From Lingula anatina (Eukaryota > Animalia > Brachiopoda): a DNA stretch of 64,000 bases. Positions 28,955 through 43,100 of this stretch are shown one piece after another. The stretch is from contig CM120645.1 of NCBI GenBank assembly GCA_051362555.1, forward strand, positions 868,001 to 932,000, given 5' to 3'. Position 1 is the stretch's first letter, and every line of letters starts with the position of its first letter. Under the pieces are notes generated by a model, which saw only the letters and a program-made list of their open reading frames with translations, did no database searches and was not told the DNA's origin. The position numbers and the translations under genes are program-made.

Positions 28955-31900
28955 CTATAGATTGGTGCTCAACAGTTTATGCAAAGCTTTACTGTTTGGT
29001 GCCATGTGGGCCGCGGGGGAGATCTTAAACCGTTCCAAGATGGCCTTCAGCTGCGGCTCAACATCTCCCAACAGAGGGCGCTTGTTCTGGTCACCTGCCC
29101 AACACGCTTGCATCAGTTCCCAGCATTCCTCATCAAAATGGGGGAGCTTTTCTGGGCGCATGCCTGAAATGAGATGGTATGGAGGTGATTTATTATCATC
29201 AAATGAAAATTAATTAACAAAATACATATTATCTGGTCTTGAGGGACATCACACAGTTCTTCCTAACACTCACAGAAGTTTATTTTCATTGACACGCTAC
29301 AGCAGAAATAATCACCATCAGAACAATCAATAGTCGTTTTTCATAATTTGAGCAGAAAATGACACTTTTGTTTTCATGAGTATTAATGAGAAATGCTTTC
29401 CAATAACTCTAAAAGCAATTTACATTGCTTAATGGCCCCAAACTAAAAAGCGAACAGTTCATAAAATGGCCACAAAAAGTGGAAAGAAACAGGCATTTAT
29501 CTACCATCAATTGTGGGTTATTGCAACATCAAAGGGTAATCAATCACCATGAGGTGACATCATTTTGACTTTCCCTTCTCCTTCTCTTTCATATAGGTAA
29601 ACGTAATATGATGTCAAACTATTCTCCATACATACTATTAAATATGGCTTCACAAAGCAACAGTCATTCATTCATTCATTCATTCATTCATTCATTCATT
29701 TATTTATTCAGTCATCCATTGGTTTATTTATTTATTTATGAAACAACCAAATGCTCTACCATACCTTTCGTACAAATGAAAACGTGTGTCAAGAAATTTT
29801 ACTTTGACCGTTACCATGACTCTCCCTTTAATCTGAACAGTAAAGTTCCTGTTCTATTATTAATAGCAAAATGTAAACTGTCTGTAAAGTTTTAAGTAAT
29901 CTAAGACGGAAAAATAATTTGATACCTAATGTAATCTGAATACAGCAATCATAACAAAGCAAAATTCCTATCAGGGCACCAAGGAAATAAGAAATAGTGT
30001 GACTTGATTCATAACTCTTACCTAAAAAAATTTAGAAAAAAAAAAAAAAGATGAAATATTAAAAGGAAAATAATAAAAGGAAAAAGTAGGTCTTGGATAC
30101 ATAAGCCACTGATCTGACCTTTGCTGTAAATAAAACTTGGCAGGAACTAGGAAATTACTGTCAACACTCAAAGATAGCCCTAAGTTTGGCAACTTGGTGT
30201 AAAATGAAGCGAGATTTCAAGGGATTTACACCCCATTTCCATAGATTAGATCGACCTACTTTAGATCGACCTAACTCCCTGGGGGTTCACGCTAAATAGC
30301 TGTCAGCCGGGCGGACAGGAAAGTTAATTAGCCCCTTACAGCTTGAAGTTTGCGGGACGGACATTTAAGTCGGATTATCTGAAAGTAATCTAGTGAGACT
30401 CCCCACGGGGATAGATCGATCTAAAATCTATGGGAATAGAGCCTTAGAGCAGTATGAGGCCAGCAAAAATGGCTGACTAGAGTGTGGTGCAGCAAGAAAT
30501 AAAAGCTGACAGAACTTTTCCACAGGCAGTTTCCTGTTTGTTTTCTCTTTTGTTGTTAATTGCATTTATCAGGTTTTGCATCTTTTATTTTATTTTGCTT
30601 TTTAAAGACAATATTCATGGTGTAAACAGTTTCACCCTTATTGCTTAAAAGTTAACCCCACCTCAAGCGAAATCTCGCACATTTTCTAATCTCTTATGAC
30701 ATCACACAGAGTTGACAGCCTCGTTTTGAGACCATCTCGGATGATTTCCAGTGTCCCTCAGACCACTGGCTAACCTCACACTGACACTGTAAACCACTTC
30801 AACCATAAAAACACCCATGAAATGAGTGATGGCACTGGATGCCACATATTGTGTGTTGTTACCACTGAACCTATTTACTCATCTCAAATGTCTTTATAGA
30901 TAACGGGAATGATGTAAATAAGACTCCTGATTGGTCAACAGCAGTCTTACAAGGAAGGAATGAGCTAGGTACCATAAGCTAATTGATCATAGATGAAAAG
31001 ACTGTGTGATCCAAATACCTTCAGAGGAATTTTACATTAAACTTCAGCCTTCACATATGAATAAGTTAGACAAAATATTAAGTGTCGAAAAGAAGGAAAG
31101 TGTAAGAAAAACAATATAATTGGTTTTCTAAAGGCTATAAATCAGGATTTTAAAAATGGATAAAAACAGCTACAAGGATATGTTGACATGAATACCCTCA
31201 TTTAATCATATCCATCTATTAAAAAAGGGGTCTTAATAACAGGCTAACTTGTAAACATATATCAAACTGTTTTGCGACATAAGAGCACTTTCGAAACCAG
31301 ATCACTAAGCTGAGCTGATTGGTTGATACAAAAAAGAAGGAAGATAACATAAATCTATAAATACCTATCCAAATTGCTACTCCAGTAAATATTATGATTC
31401 ATTTTCAAAGTACATAAGCACTTCAACTCTATCCTACTGACACCTTTTATCAGTCAGAAGTGATAACCACTAAAAGATTTCAACGGATCTTTGTCTGTAA
31501 TCAGAGAGAGCGGCCCAGTATAGCAGCGTTGAGGAGATAAGAAGCAACACAACTTTGTCTGCACACAGTTCTGGGGGCCATTTTGCATATTGGATGATGG
31601 TCATCTATTGGTCATCTTGAAATTAGTGATCAATATATATTATAGAATATAATACAAAACAGAATAGCTGAAGATAACCTAGAGAGTTTGACATTGAACA
31701 TGTAAGTACAAGGTACAAATAGCAGGGGGCAAATACCAGTCAGATTATTGATCAGTAACATAATAAGATTGTTAATCTGTCATCAGTTTTTCTGTTATTA
31801 AAGGGATAATAACTCTTCGTTTCGGCCAAAAAATGAATTTTCCTGAAGTAAACAACAATTTTCCCATACTCACCAATGGTTAATGAATCCATTTTTACAT

Positions 31901-34014
31901 TCAAAGTAAGTCCCTGGTTTTTTTTCTAAAAAGTTAATTTTTTTGTTAAAATCTCTTAAGAGATTTTAACAGAGTATAGCCATCAATGGAGGTCACGTGG
32001 TCTGAAGACAAGCTCAGATATCAGAATAATAGCTATAGCTGCCATTTTTGTGTTAAAACAGTATATATTATATTTCTATGAGTTATTCACAAATGTTTTA
32101 ATGTGCAATATAGATCTCATACGAAAAGTTATTATCCCTTTAAGCAATATTTTAGTTAAACATTTTGTAAATAAATATCTTTTGTATATTGAAGAATAGT
32201 TTTAAAAGCAGATCCTATTTTTATTTTTTCACTCCAATACTGATTTCATAACAAAATAGGTATTTAGGGTTTGTAAAATGTTTGTTTTACAAGGTCTACC
32301 CTAACTAACAATACACTGTTTTTCTCCCCAGGAGTATCACTATGAAATGTTCTCTGCTACTGCTGGTCATAGTCTGTACTCTACTGTCTCATACCACAGG
32401 GAAACCAAACCCAAAGTGTACCTATAAACCTGATGGTGACAACCAGTTGTCCATAGATGTCACCTGCAAGAACCTTGACCTTCCCAGGGGAGTCCAGTTA
32501 AGAGAAGTCCTGGGCGAGGTGGACATCGCTCACCTCACTGTCACTCACTCCAACATCCAGCTCCTATCAGCAGATCTGTTCACAAAACTGGCAACCACCT
32601 TGGAAACACTTACAATAAGACACTGTGCAGACCTTACCACCATTGAAAATAACACATTTGTTGAGTTTGGTGCCTTAAAATCTCTCGACTTGTCAAAGAA
32701 TAACATCAGTATCACCCTGGATGGGGAAGAATTCCGCAGCCTGAAAAACTCGCCATTAGAGTCAATTGACCTCAGCGGGAATGCCATCTCGCTTCTTCCA
32801 TCTCAAATGTTCCGTGGTTTGAATGCTTTAGAAAATATCGATTTGTCCAATAGTAAAATATCACAGATACAAGACACAGTGTTTGATCACCTTATCAACC
32901 TAAAATCACTCGACCTGTCACACAACCAGATTGCACAAGTTGGCACCAACATCAACGGTTTCCCTTTTAGCTGGAACCAGCGCCTGCAACTCCTAGACCT
33001 CTCCTACAACAAGATGGCGGCTGTGCAAGTTGGTATTTCCATCCAGCAAAGCCTGACCACTCTAAACCTCAGCCACAATGAAATATCCAGCTTCAATCGC
33101 AAACCGTTTACTGTTCCACCAATGTTACAGCCGTTACAGTTCATGGACAACCTCAAGGACCTCGACCTGTCCCATAACAATCTTACCGACCTTCCTCTGG
33201 ATATTTTCTATCAGCCAGTAAATACGTTGTTTGTAAAAGACTTTGGGATATCATCTACAAGCAAAGTGGCAGTCAATCTGGCTGGGAACCCATTGCACTG
33301 TGACTGTGGATTTTATACATTTTGGGAATTTCTGCAAAGTGCAGAATGTCGACTGAAATTCAGCTTTAAGAATGGTGTTTGTGATCAGCCAATGGGAGTG
33401 AAGGGTGTAAAAGCAGCAGCAGTTGACATGACTCATTGCGCACCAAAAACAGGACAGTCCGTCAAAGTGAACTAAAAACTTTTTATAACTATGTTTTGCC
33501 TGAAGGCCCGTTAGATCATATCAGGTTCTGAGCTTATAGTTAGTAACAGAAGATTTTATGTACAAAGAATAAGCACATCACGAGAGATCTCACTGAGGCA
33601 AAATCATATCTGCTGCTTGTAATTTTATGTACACAGAGCTTTATATTTAAATGAAATAAGACTTTTAGCAAAATCTGCAAATCTCACCAAACAGGTGAAT
33701 TGTCTGTTAAAAGAGGGAAAAATCACAGAAAACATGTATTAAAAGTTTATCAATTCAGAGTATATAAAAAGATTACAATATAACTTTAAAAATTTAGTGA
33801 AATATTTGAGCAAAATAAAATAGTTTAAATCACAAAACCCTTTTTTTCTGTTTGTTATACCTTCAATTATACACTTAATGTTGCATTGTCCATCAATTAT
33901 GTTAAACACTGGTCCCCCCACCATAAAAAAAGATTAGAGTGAAAGACCAATTTGTTTCCTCATAAATTCCACTATTATGAATTTTACATGGAATCTTCCA
34001 TCTATTTCACTTAA

Positions 34015-34106
<92 letters not shown>

Positions 34107-37100
34107 AAGACTTTTTCTTTTCCATTTTTTAAAATAAACCAGGGGGCAGCGCCCTTATCCTTTTCATCACCCCACCTCTGGTAACACTCCCATGTAGCCA
34201 CTCAAACACATGATGATACCAGGAAATAGGACTGGCTCCCATTCAGCCAGCTCTCACAGAGCACTACAACCATGGACAATGTCAGAGTTATTGGATAACA
34301 ACCTGGAGATCAGAAATCATAATCTGTATGTTTAGGGATAGGCTGAGGTGGGGTGGGGGATAGGGAAGTCATGCCTGTACATGGGTAAAATCTTTACCTC
34401 TCTCTCTCTCTCTATACACAAACAAGCAGATGTAGGGACCATTCCCACATGTATTTGAATCGGTCTAACTCCCTGGGGAGTCTCACTAAATTTCTATTAA
34501 TTTAACTGGCTTAAATGTTTATCACGCCTAGTAAAACTGTTAGGGGGTAATTATCTTTACCCACTAGCCGATTAGGTAGGCGTGACAGACATTTAAGCTG
34601 GTATGTTGACAGCAATTTGGTGAGACTCCCCAGGGAGTTATAGCGATCCAGATGGATCGATCTAGGCATGGGAACCCAGTCATATACATACAAATCCCCA
34701 AACACATCACAATTTTTTTCATGTAAAACGAGGAGCTACATCACTAATCTTTTAAGCACACAGACATGATGTTACAGGTCTTAGTTTTGTAATCATTATC
34801 TGCTGGTGGCTTTATCTGAATAAGTAGAGTTACACAATTTCTATTTACCTTCTTGGATATGTATAAGGAAATATAAAATAGGGATCTGGGATACAGAGTG
34901 ATTACAGGGGCGGATTGAGGCCGTCTTCTAGGTCTTCCGGAAGACAGTCAGATTTTCAAGTTTACATTGATGGGTATCTGATTTTATATGTTGGAAGTCA
35001 AAAATGGAGGATGGATCAACAAAGATAATTTGGAAGACTGTCAAAAAATATCTGTGAATCCACACCTGTGATTGTATCTCCCCCCCCCCCCCCCCCGGCA
35101 CACCCTTCTCCAGGTACTATCTCCTAAAAAAAAAAAATTCCTTGTGGCAAATCATAAATGGACCTGTATCTTTTTAATAGCATTGTAATTACTTCCTTGT
35201 AGACATCATGAAGATTTAAATGTCTTCTGAAACAAACCATCTATTCATTTTAAATTTTAAAGGAAGATATCAGGAAAGTGAATATTTCATATATGATGAA
35301 ATTCTCTGATGGATCCTTATACTGGATATCAGAGGCCCAGCTGGCCTTGTCATGGAAAACAAACAAACAACAAATAACAACTAACAAGTAACAACTAACA
35401 TTTCATAATATTTGTCTGAGAAAAACTGATTCCAAAATAAATTAATAAATTAATGAAATGAAAAAGTTGTCCCAAACTATATAAGTGGGCTGCATTATCT
35501 CATGCAGACATTTGTAAAATGAATCACTATTTGCTAATACAAATACTAATCAATAACAACACACATCAGAAGAACTCTACACTACAGCTTGGCGCAATTC
35601 TAACAAAAGCTGTACAGTTCTCCAGGCACATCCCAACCAAGCCTGAGACATAAATTAGCAGAATATTAAGATTTTAACCTGCCTCCACTGCTACCTATAT
35701 TCTGTGAAAGTACATTAACACCAAGCACTTCAAATCAGGATATTAACCTGGCTAATTAGTATTTTTCCGTCACTTTAACATCGTTATCTCTTTTCAGACT
35801 GGCATTTTCTGCAATCAACAAACGTGGAAACGAACACACCTCTTTCCTGATACTAACAGATCAATTAAACCAAGGGGAATTCTTATTCTGTCCTTTATTT
35901 TTTACTTCTGTTTTTACATCACTTTATTTTAACCACACGGCACTGTTATCATAGCAACTTTTAGTTTATCTTTGACAATCTGATATTTTTTTTTACATTT
36001 TGGATTAAATTGGTTCTCTAAATCAACATTTCTGGTGTCTGAATCATCGTTACAGGATCTAGCTCTATCAGACTGAGCTGAACAACTGAACTGGTAAGCA
36101 GTGTATTTTACTTTAGTTTATACTTTCTTATTTCATCACCAAAAAGGCTTTTGTAAGAACGTCATAATGGGATGGATTTTTTTGTCACTGTAGTACACAA
36201 AAATCATTAGATTTTCACTTTGTAATAATTATAGTGATATATTTCTTATATAAAGCTCTTTAAACTACTATCTAATATCAACATACAGGAGTAGAAGGTC
36301 AATTTTCATATTGGCGCTGACTGCTTTACTGGGTTATTAATCACAGAGAGCAAGAACAATTACAACAAACGGAACTGAATGTCAAGACAGAGTAGAGTAT
36401 TGTAAACAAGTGAAGAGGGCGCTGTGCTGACCACAGCCAGGTAGTCCAAACAGGAAACAATCTTTATACTGGCTTAACATGCACTAGGTAGGCAGAACAT
36501 TACCAACTGTTAGAGACATTGGGGTTAAAGTAAGGAGATGTGCTACTTGAGTATAGACGGGCTTAGGATCCCGCTGACTAGGAATTACTGGTACATGAGG
36601 AATAATTATACAAGAGAAACCAGGTTTCAGTCAATATAGTCTAATAGTGAGTATTCAGAGGTTGAATAGTTCAAGAAGTTCAGACAAGTGACTAGGATGA
36701 ATTTGTTTAGAAAAGAAAAAACTTTGGGTGGAAAGTTTTTAACAAAAATTCTGTCTTGTAATTAGTTTGATAAAAAAAGTGCAAGGAGCACAAAGAAACT
36801 GAAAAGAAGAGAAAAAGTTAAAAGATATATATAAAATCTATTATTAGAAGTTGCCCTTCCGGAACAGGTCAACACTCCTTACAGGAAAATGAATACATTC
36901 GGTACAACTTAACTGCCATCACAACAAAGCATAACTGTACACAGCTAACAATATAGCTGTTTCGACTGCGTGTCTAAAAACTGTTACAGTTAAAAGTTGC
37001 TGTCTCATAGCATGCCTTCAGGTCATCAGTTATTTTCCATAAAACATATATAAATATTATGTAGACTTTTCAAGAGAGTGAGAGAGAGAGAGTGTGTGTG

Positions 37101-40100
37101 TGTGTGTGTTAATTTGTGCATACATCCTAAGGCTTCCATATATCACTGTCATGCCAGATAATAATAATATAACACAGAATATAAATATAAAAGAAACCAA
37201 CCAAAGTAAAAAGTAAAACATTGAAAGCAACTGCCACAGGTACTTAATGACCTACTAAGCTAAGTGATGCATATATATACCTACTAGTATAGCTATTTAC
37301 AAGATGATTTGCCTACTCTATGCCATATAAAAGAGTCAAAGTTTTTAAAGGACAAAAGCAGTTACTACAGGTATTGTAACAGTTACTACAGGTATTGTAA
37401 CAGTCAGTAATAACTGGAGTACCATCCTGTTATCTGTACCTGGATATCCTGTTGTTGGACATCCTGTTGTTGGACATCCGGTTCTTATCTCTCCTTGTGT
37501 AATAATTATATCAATCCAGACTACTGTCTTTACTGAAGAAGGCTGGGCCAGAAGTTAGGCCATAGTTTGGGCTACAATTTTGTTCCAAATTTTGGGGCTA
37601 AAATAACTCGATCTGTGAGATCGACCTACCCATGCAGTAAGGCATAAGGTGAGTAAAATATCAGAATGCATGGGCATCAGATCTTTTAAGACAAGTTGTT
37701 TGCCGCATCATTTTTATAAAGAGGAAAAGTTTTTTTGTATGATAAAGTAGGTATTGACGTGTTGAAATATATGACAGGAGGCGGGTGACTTAAGCCACAC
37801 AAGGAGATGGCAACACACTTGAGACCTAAACCGGTTCAGGTTTATCTTCCGTGTCTAAACACACCTTTAGCGAGAGGAAACAATGACAAGAATTTAGCTG
37901 TAAGGTGAGGGTACAGTAGTGCCAAGACCACAATGTAGACATTTCAAGACCAAAGCAGTCACCCTGAACTTCTATGTGGAAGTCATTATAGTGCTAATAT
38001 ATGTCACCTTGATTTATTTAAAACTATATATTACTCATTTGTACGCATGGTTTCAAAACTGGGTGAAAACCAAGGGGTTTGGGCTTGTCCTTTTATATTG
38101 TGGGTGAGTTTTCTATTGGCCGGGTCAAAAACCACAATGTTTTGATAAAATAGTCCACAGAATGGGTGGGTGAAAGCAATCCCTAGTGTTGTGTTAATGT
38201 CAGTCATAAGACAGCAGGGTGGAAACAGAGAGAGAGAGAAAAATGATTGTTGTGATAAACAATGAGGTGAGTGAAGAGCATATTGCACTTGCTATATAAC
38301 ATATCTTAATTGTACTTAAGTTTTTTGCCATATCATTTTCTCTGAAGGTAAAAAGGATTATTTATGTCTCCTCCATCCCAGTGTACCCCAAATTTTCATA
38401 GTCCCATGCATAACAAGAGAGAAGGGAACAAAGAATATCGATTGTTCAAGATTTGGCCAAACAAGGTTGCTTTTATTATATAACCCCATTTGTTTGATGA
38501 AGCTAGGTGGGTGTTTAATTGCTGGTTAAAATATATCAGTGAAAGAAAGCAAACATTATTTTACAATTAAGAGCTTTTACGTTTACACTCTTCTGTATAT
38601 ATTCACGTTAGTTTTTTACACAACCATACATCCATCTACAACCCAATTTAGGTCAACTTCCATCAATTTCCTCCATCCATCAATTGTAGTGTGTAAAGAG
38701 TGTGAAGTGGTTTCCTAAGCCATCAACTATACATATCTGCAGTAAATGGTGCTACGTGTTGACATTATTGCTCATAAGGAGACAGAAAATCACTTTTTTC
38801 TTAAACCTTTTTTATTGCTCTGGATTAGACCTGACTTCATGCACCATATGGCACCCGGGGCCTATTCAACTCAAATACCTAAGGGCTCATTCCCAATGTA
38901 TTTACTGTATGTAGATCTAGCCAACTACACTGGGACTCTCGTTGAATAAAATCAGACCAACAATTTAACATTCCTCCCAACATTGAATAAAATACAGAAA
39001 AGCTGGTAATTATTACGAGTATGTTTGAGACAAGAGGAGGCGTGCAAATCTGTTATCTGACTGCATTGTTTTCAACTTGTCACTTAAAGACTGACACCCT
39101 TTTATAATTTTTCTTCAGACTTGTCCAGCATTTTAAATTCTAATTTCCTGGTGAGGGCTTATCAGTCATCCCTTAACCCTCGCCTACCTAATTACTTGTA
39201 ACCTAATAAAAAGAAATAAAGAGACATTAAAAACAGGTTTATTAAACTGAAAAACTTTTTGAAATTTGAAATTCTCTTAAAACCAGCTATCATAATAGGC
39301 CATAATGGATATGGCCAAGGTGGGCTATACCAAAATAAATCAACTCCAATTTTAGTGGAAACACGTCTTTAGCAGAGTGCTTGCATCATCCAGAAATGCT
39401 GTGATGGTTTTTTACCATTCAGTGCAAGTTTACCTCCGTATCTTAGAGTTTCCTTACCATTTATTGACAGTGTTTGTACACATCCATATCTTTTACATTG
39501 TGATTACATTGTAATTCATGTTTTATCCTTTTCTATATTCACTGGTAAGTACTATGCATAAAATGGAAATCGAGGATTTTTTTTTCTTCTTTTTATACTC
39601 CTTAGTGCTATAAAATTTTATAATCTATTTCAGACAGCCAGTTCTCTGGGGGGCTTTTGAGGACATCATACCACCAGATATTGTGGCAAGCAAATGACCG
39701 AGTAGTAAGAATTTGGCAACAGAACAGACAGACTCATGAGGGCCTGAAAAGGACGTCTGTTTGGCACTAGAGATATGCAAATTATCATTACTGAAAGCAG
39801 GAAGTCAGTTTATAAACATTCTAAAATGCATATGTTAAGACTATTAAGTGAGGCAACATGTGCTGAATACTACAAGACTCATTGGCATTTGAACCTGGAT
39901 ACTGTAACCAGTTTTCTCTCCCTTCCAGGAATGGTATATGGTGAGGTTCTGAGAGCTCTGATTGAAAGAAAACTGAGCTGCACAATTCTACTGCAAATTT
40001 AAAGACACTGGAACTTTATAAGCAAACTGCATATAAACATAACACACCCAGAAATGAGTTCTATCATTCCCATTGCTGTGATAGCTGTATTCCTGCTGCT

Positions 40101-43100
40101 GAAAATACAATCTTGTGCTGGAGTATCCCATGTAAGTGACAACTGTCCCGCTGGCTGTGAGTGCACAGGTGTTGAGAAAACGGGATGGATAAACCAACTG
40201 AGCTGTGCAAAGCTCAATATTTTCAACGCCTCTATACAAGACAACAGAATACTACAGGTCGACTGCAGAAAATCACAAAATTTCCATTTTTTCGGAGATA
40301 TGTTTCAGCCTTACGTTTCCACGCTGGTTCCCCTCGTGTCAGGTTTGCACTTGAAGTTTTGCTCACTTCGAGGCATCGCACCAGAAGCTTTGTTTTCTTC
40401 ATTGCAGACACTAATTCTTGAGGCAATTTCAGATACTGAACTTCAAGATGGAATTCTTGACGAATTAAGTCAGTTAAACCTGGAAGCTGTTGAAATAAGG
40501 AGAACTAGACTCCAAAGTTTAACAAGAAGACTTCTTCGAGGCCTTAAACAGGTCAAATCACTGACTGTTTCTGGGAACCCTCAGTTGACATCAGTTCAGG
40601 ATCACTTTCTTGAAGGATTTTACAGCCTTTCCTCACTAAGCCTCACAGACAATGCCCTTGTTTCCATAACCAATCATACCTTGAGCGGACTCCGTAACCT
40701 GCACATTCTTGACCTCAGCTGGAATCGTCTTCGGACAATACCAGGTGGCATTTTCAGAAATCTCACCAGCTTGACACGAGTAGACCTCAGTCACAACTTT
40801 CTCAGTAAAATTGAGGATGGTACATTTGAATATCGAATCGACTTACTACGTCTGGACCTCAGCCATAATTTGCTGGCCAAAGTGGGTGATAAAGAAGAGC
40901 ATCCATTTGCCTGGAATCAGTTCCTGACGTACTTGGATCTGTCATATAACAAATACCAACGAATCCAGAGTGGTATCTCCTATTTACAATCGCTCCAGTA
41001 CCTTGATCTATCCCATAATTCCATTAGTGGGTTGGAGCTCGGATTCCAAGATTCCACCAGTGGAATGTGGGTCGGTAATGCACTAGAAAACATGCCAAGT
41101 TTGCACACGCTGAAACTTTCTCACAACCAGATGCCTTCCATAGACTTCGCCTTCTTTCACAGACTGGTGGACCTTCCGCCTGCCCTTGAAGACTTTGATC
41201 CAGACTTTGCTATAGGTCCGTCCAAGGGGCATGTTCTTACTATATACATAGGCAACAACCCTATGCACTGTGACTGCCTTCTCTATGATTTCCTGAGTTT
41301 TATCCAAAAAAACAGTCACGCTAATGATAATCTGAGGTTCTATTACGAAAACAGCTTAAAGTGTCACGGTCCTCCTTCTCTAAATGGTACGGACCTTGCT
41401 GCAGTGGACGCCAAAAATCTGGTTTGTCCTGTCAGTGATGGAAATACTGCTTGCAGCACCATCTATAGGAGATATGATGATGCAACGATCACAAACTGCT
41501 CGTGGCAGGGTCTCATTCACATGTCTCAGAAAATTGACCAGAACACGACCATTCTGGATGTCAGTAATAACTATCTGGAGACCATCCCTGACATGTCTGA
41601 GACAATGTACAGAGAAGTTTATCTGGATAATAACTCTATTTCTACTTTCCCTACCTCACAGGTACTTCCACACAACTTGACTACACTATCTCTGAGATAC
41701 AATTCCATTCAGACCATTTCCACCAGACAAACTGAGAAAGATTTGATGCTGAATGATCTTTATCTCGGTGGGAACCCTTGGCACTGTGACTGCTCTGCAA
41801 AAGGTATCAAACACTGGCTTTTGAACAATTCCAATATCATCAAAGACCTTGACGACATCACGTGTGTTTCAGGTGAGCCAGGAACTCTGGGAAAATCAAT
41901 AAAAAATGTCCCAGATAACAATTTTGGCTGCCCCATCGAAAAGGCAGATATTGCTGCCATTGTTGGAGGTCTCGTTGGCAGTTTTGTGGTCATCATCGCC
42001 TGTATGCTTCTTCTCTACAAATGCAATCTCAAGGTCAGAATATGGCTATACTACAAATTTCGTTTTCGATTTTTCTCCAAATCAGATAAACAAGATTCTG
42101 ACAAAATCTACGATGCTTTCATTTCGTACAGCAGCCTGGATGAGAAATATGTCGTGCAAACTCTTGTGCCTGGGCTGGAAAATCAAACTCCGCCTTTCAA
42201 AGTCTGCGTCCACTACAAACATTTCATCCCAGGCGCGTCTATTGCAGAATCTATCGTGGAGGCTGTAGAGAACAGCAAGCGTACAATCATGCTTCTTTCT
42301 CAGAACTTCATCCACAGTGAGTGGTGCACTTACGAGTTTAAGACGGCCCACCATCAAGTTTTGAAAGACCGCAGCAACCATCTTATTGTGGTTGTATTGG
42401 GTGATATTCCCAGTGACCTTGACTCTGACCTTAAACTTTATCTGTCTACAAACACATACCTGAGAGCAGACGACAGCTGGTTTTGGGAAAAACTATTGTA
42501 CGCCATGCCAAAATTAGAAAATGGTCGAGAGAGACATGGACATGGACACAACCATGAACACTGCCCAGCCTCCCCCGGGGGAACTCCCGACACACCTTTC
42601 ATTACATTGCAATCATCAAATTCAGCAGACATCACTTCATCAGAACAACTGCTGTCAACCAATCAGCAACAATCATCGCAATCTGAAGGTGTTTCATCTT
42701 GTGCAGAATCAGCACCTGCCATCACAGACCTGTCTTCAGAGCTCAGAGAGATTTCCCCATGCTGATGTGATTATATCAACTCGTACCAAATTCATAACAA
42801 ATTTACTTTTCTCATATCATTCAAATTAAACTTTATATCAATTTATTTCCATTCAGACATTCCTCAATCTGTTACAATACAGATATCATTCAATATTTTC
42901 AGATAAGCAGATCTACATATTTTACTTAGAGAAGTAGTTTTGTAGAAGTTGTATAATTTTGTTTGAAAAAATGGTGGGTCAATAAACTCAGTTATTAATA
43001 TGTATCTCAATATGTTAGTTTTCTATGGATTCTGTCTTACAGTCACACATTATAAAATTAGAGACTTGTTTTTCTATATGCATACACATCATTCAGACTG

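Noticed and set aside
32342-33475. Interpretation as a TLR pseudogene fragment
   Set aside because: The ORF is intact with a signal peptide and ends at a domain boundary, and I see no decayed TM/TIR sequence after the stop. Not formally excluded without expression data.
35874-35883. GGGGAATTCT near-consensus NF-kB site between the LRR gene and the TLR
   Set aside because: Imperfect single match about 4 kb from the TLR ATG; expected by chance.
40185-42829. Alternative-frame and antisense ORFs inside the TLR
   Set aside because: By-products of the long coding ORF with no recognisable domains.
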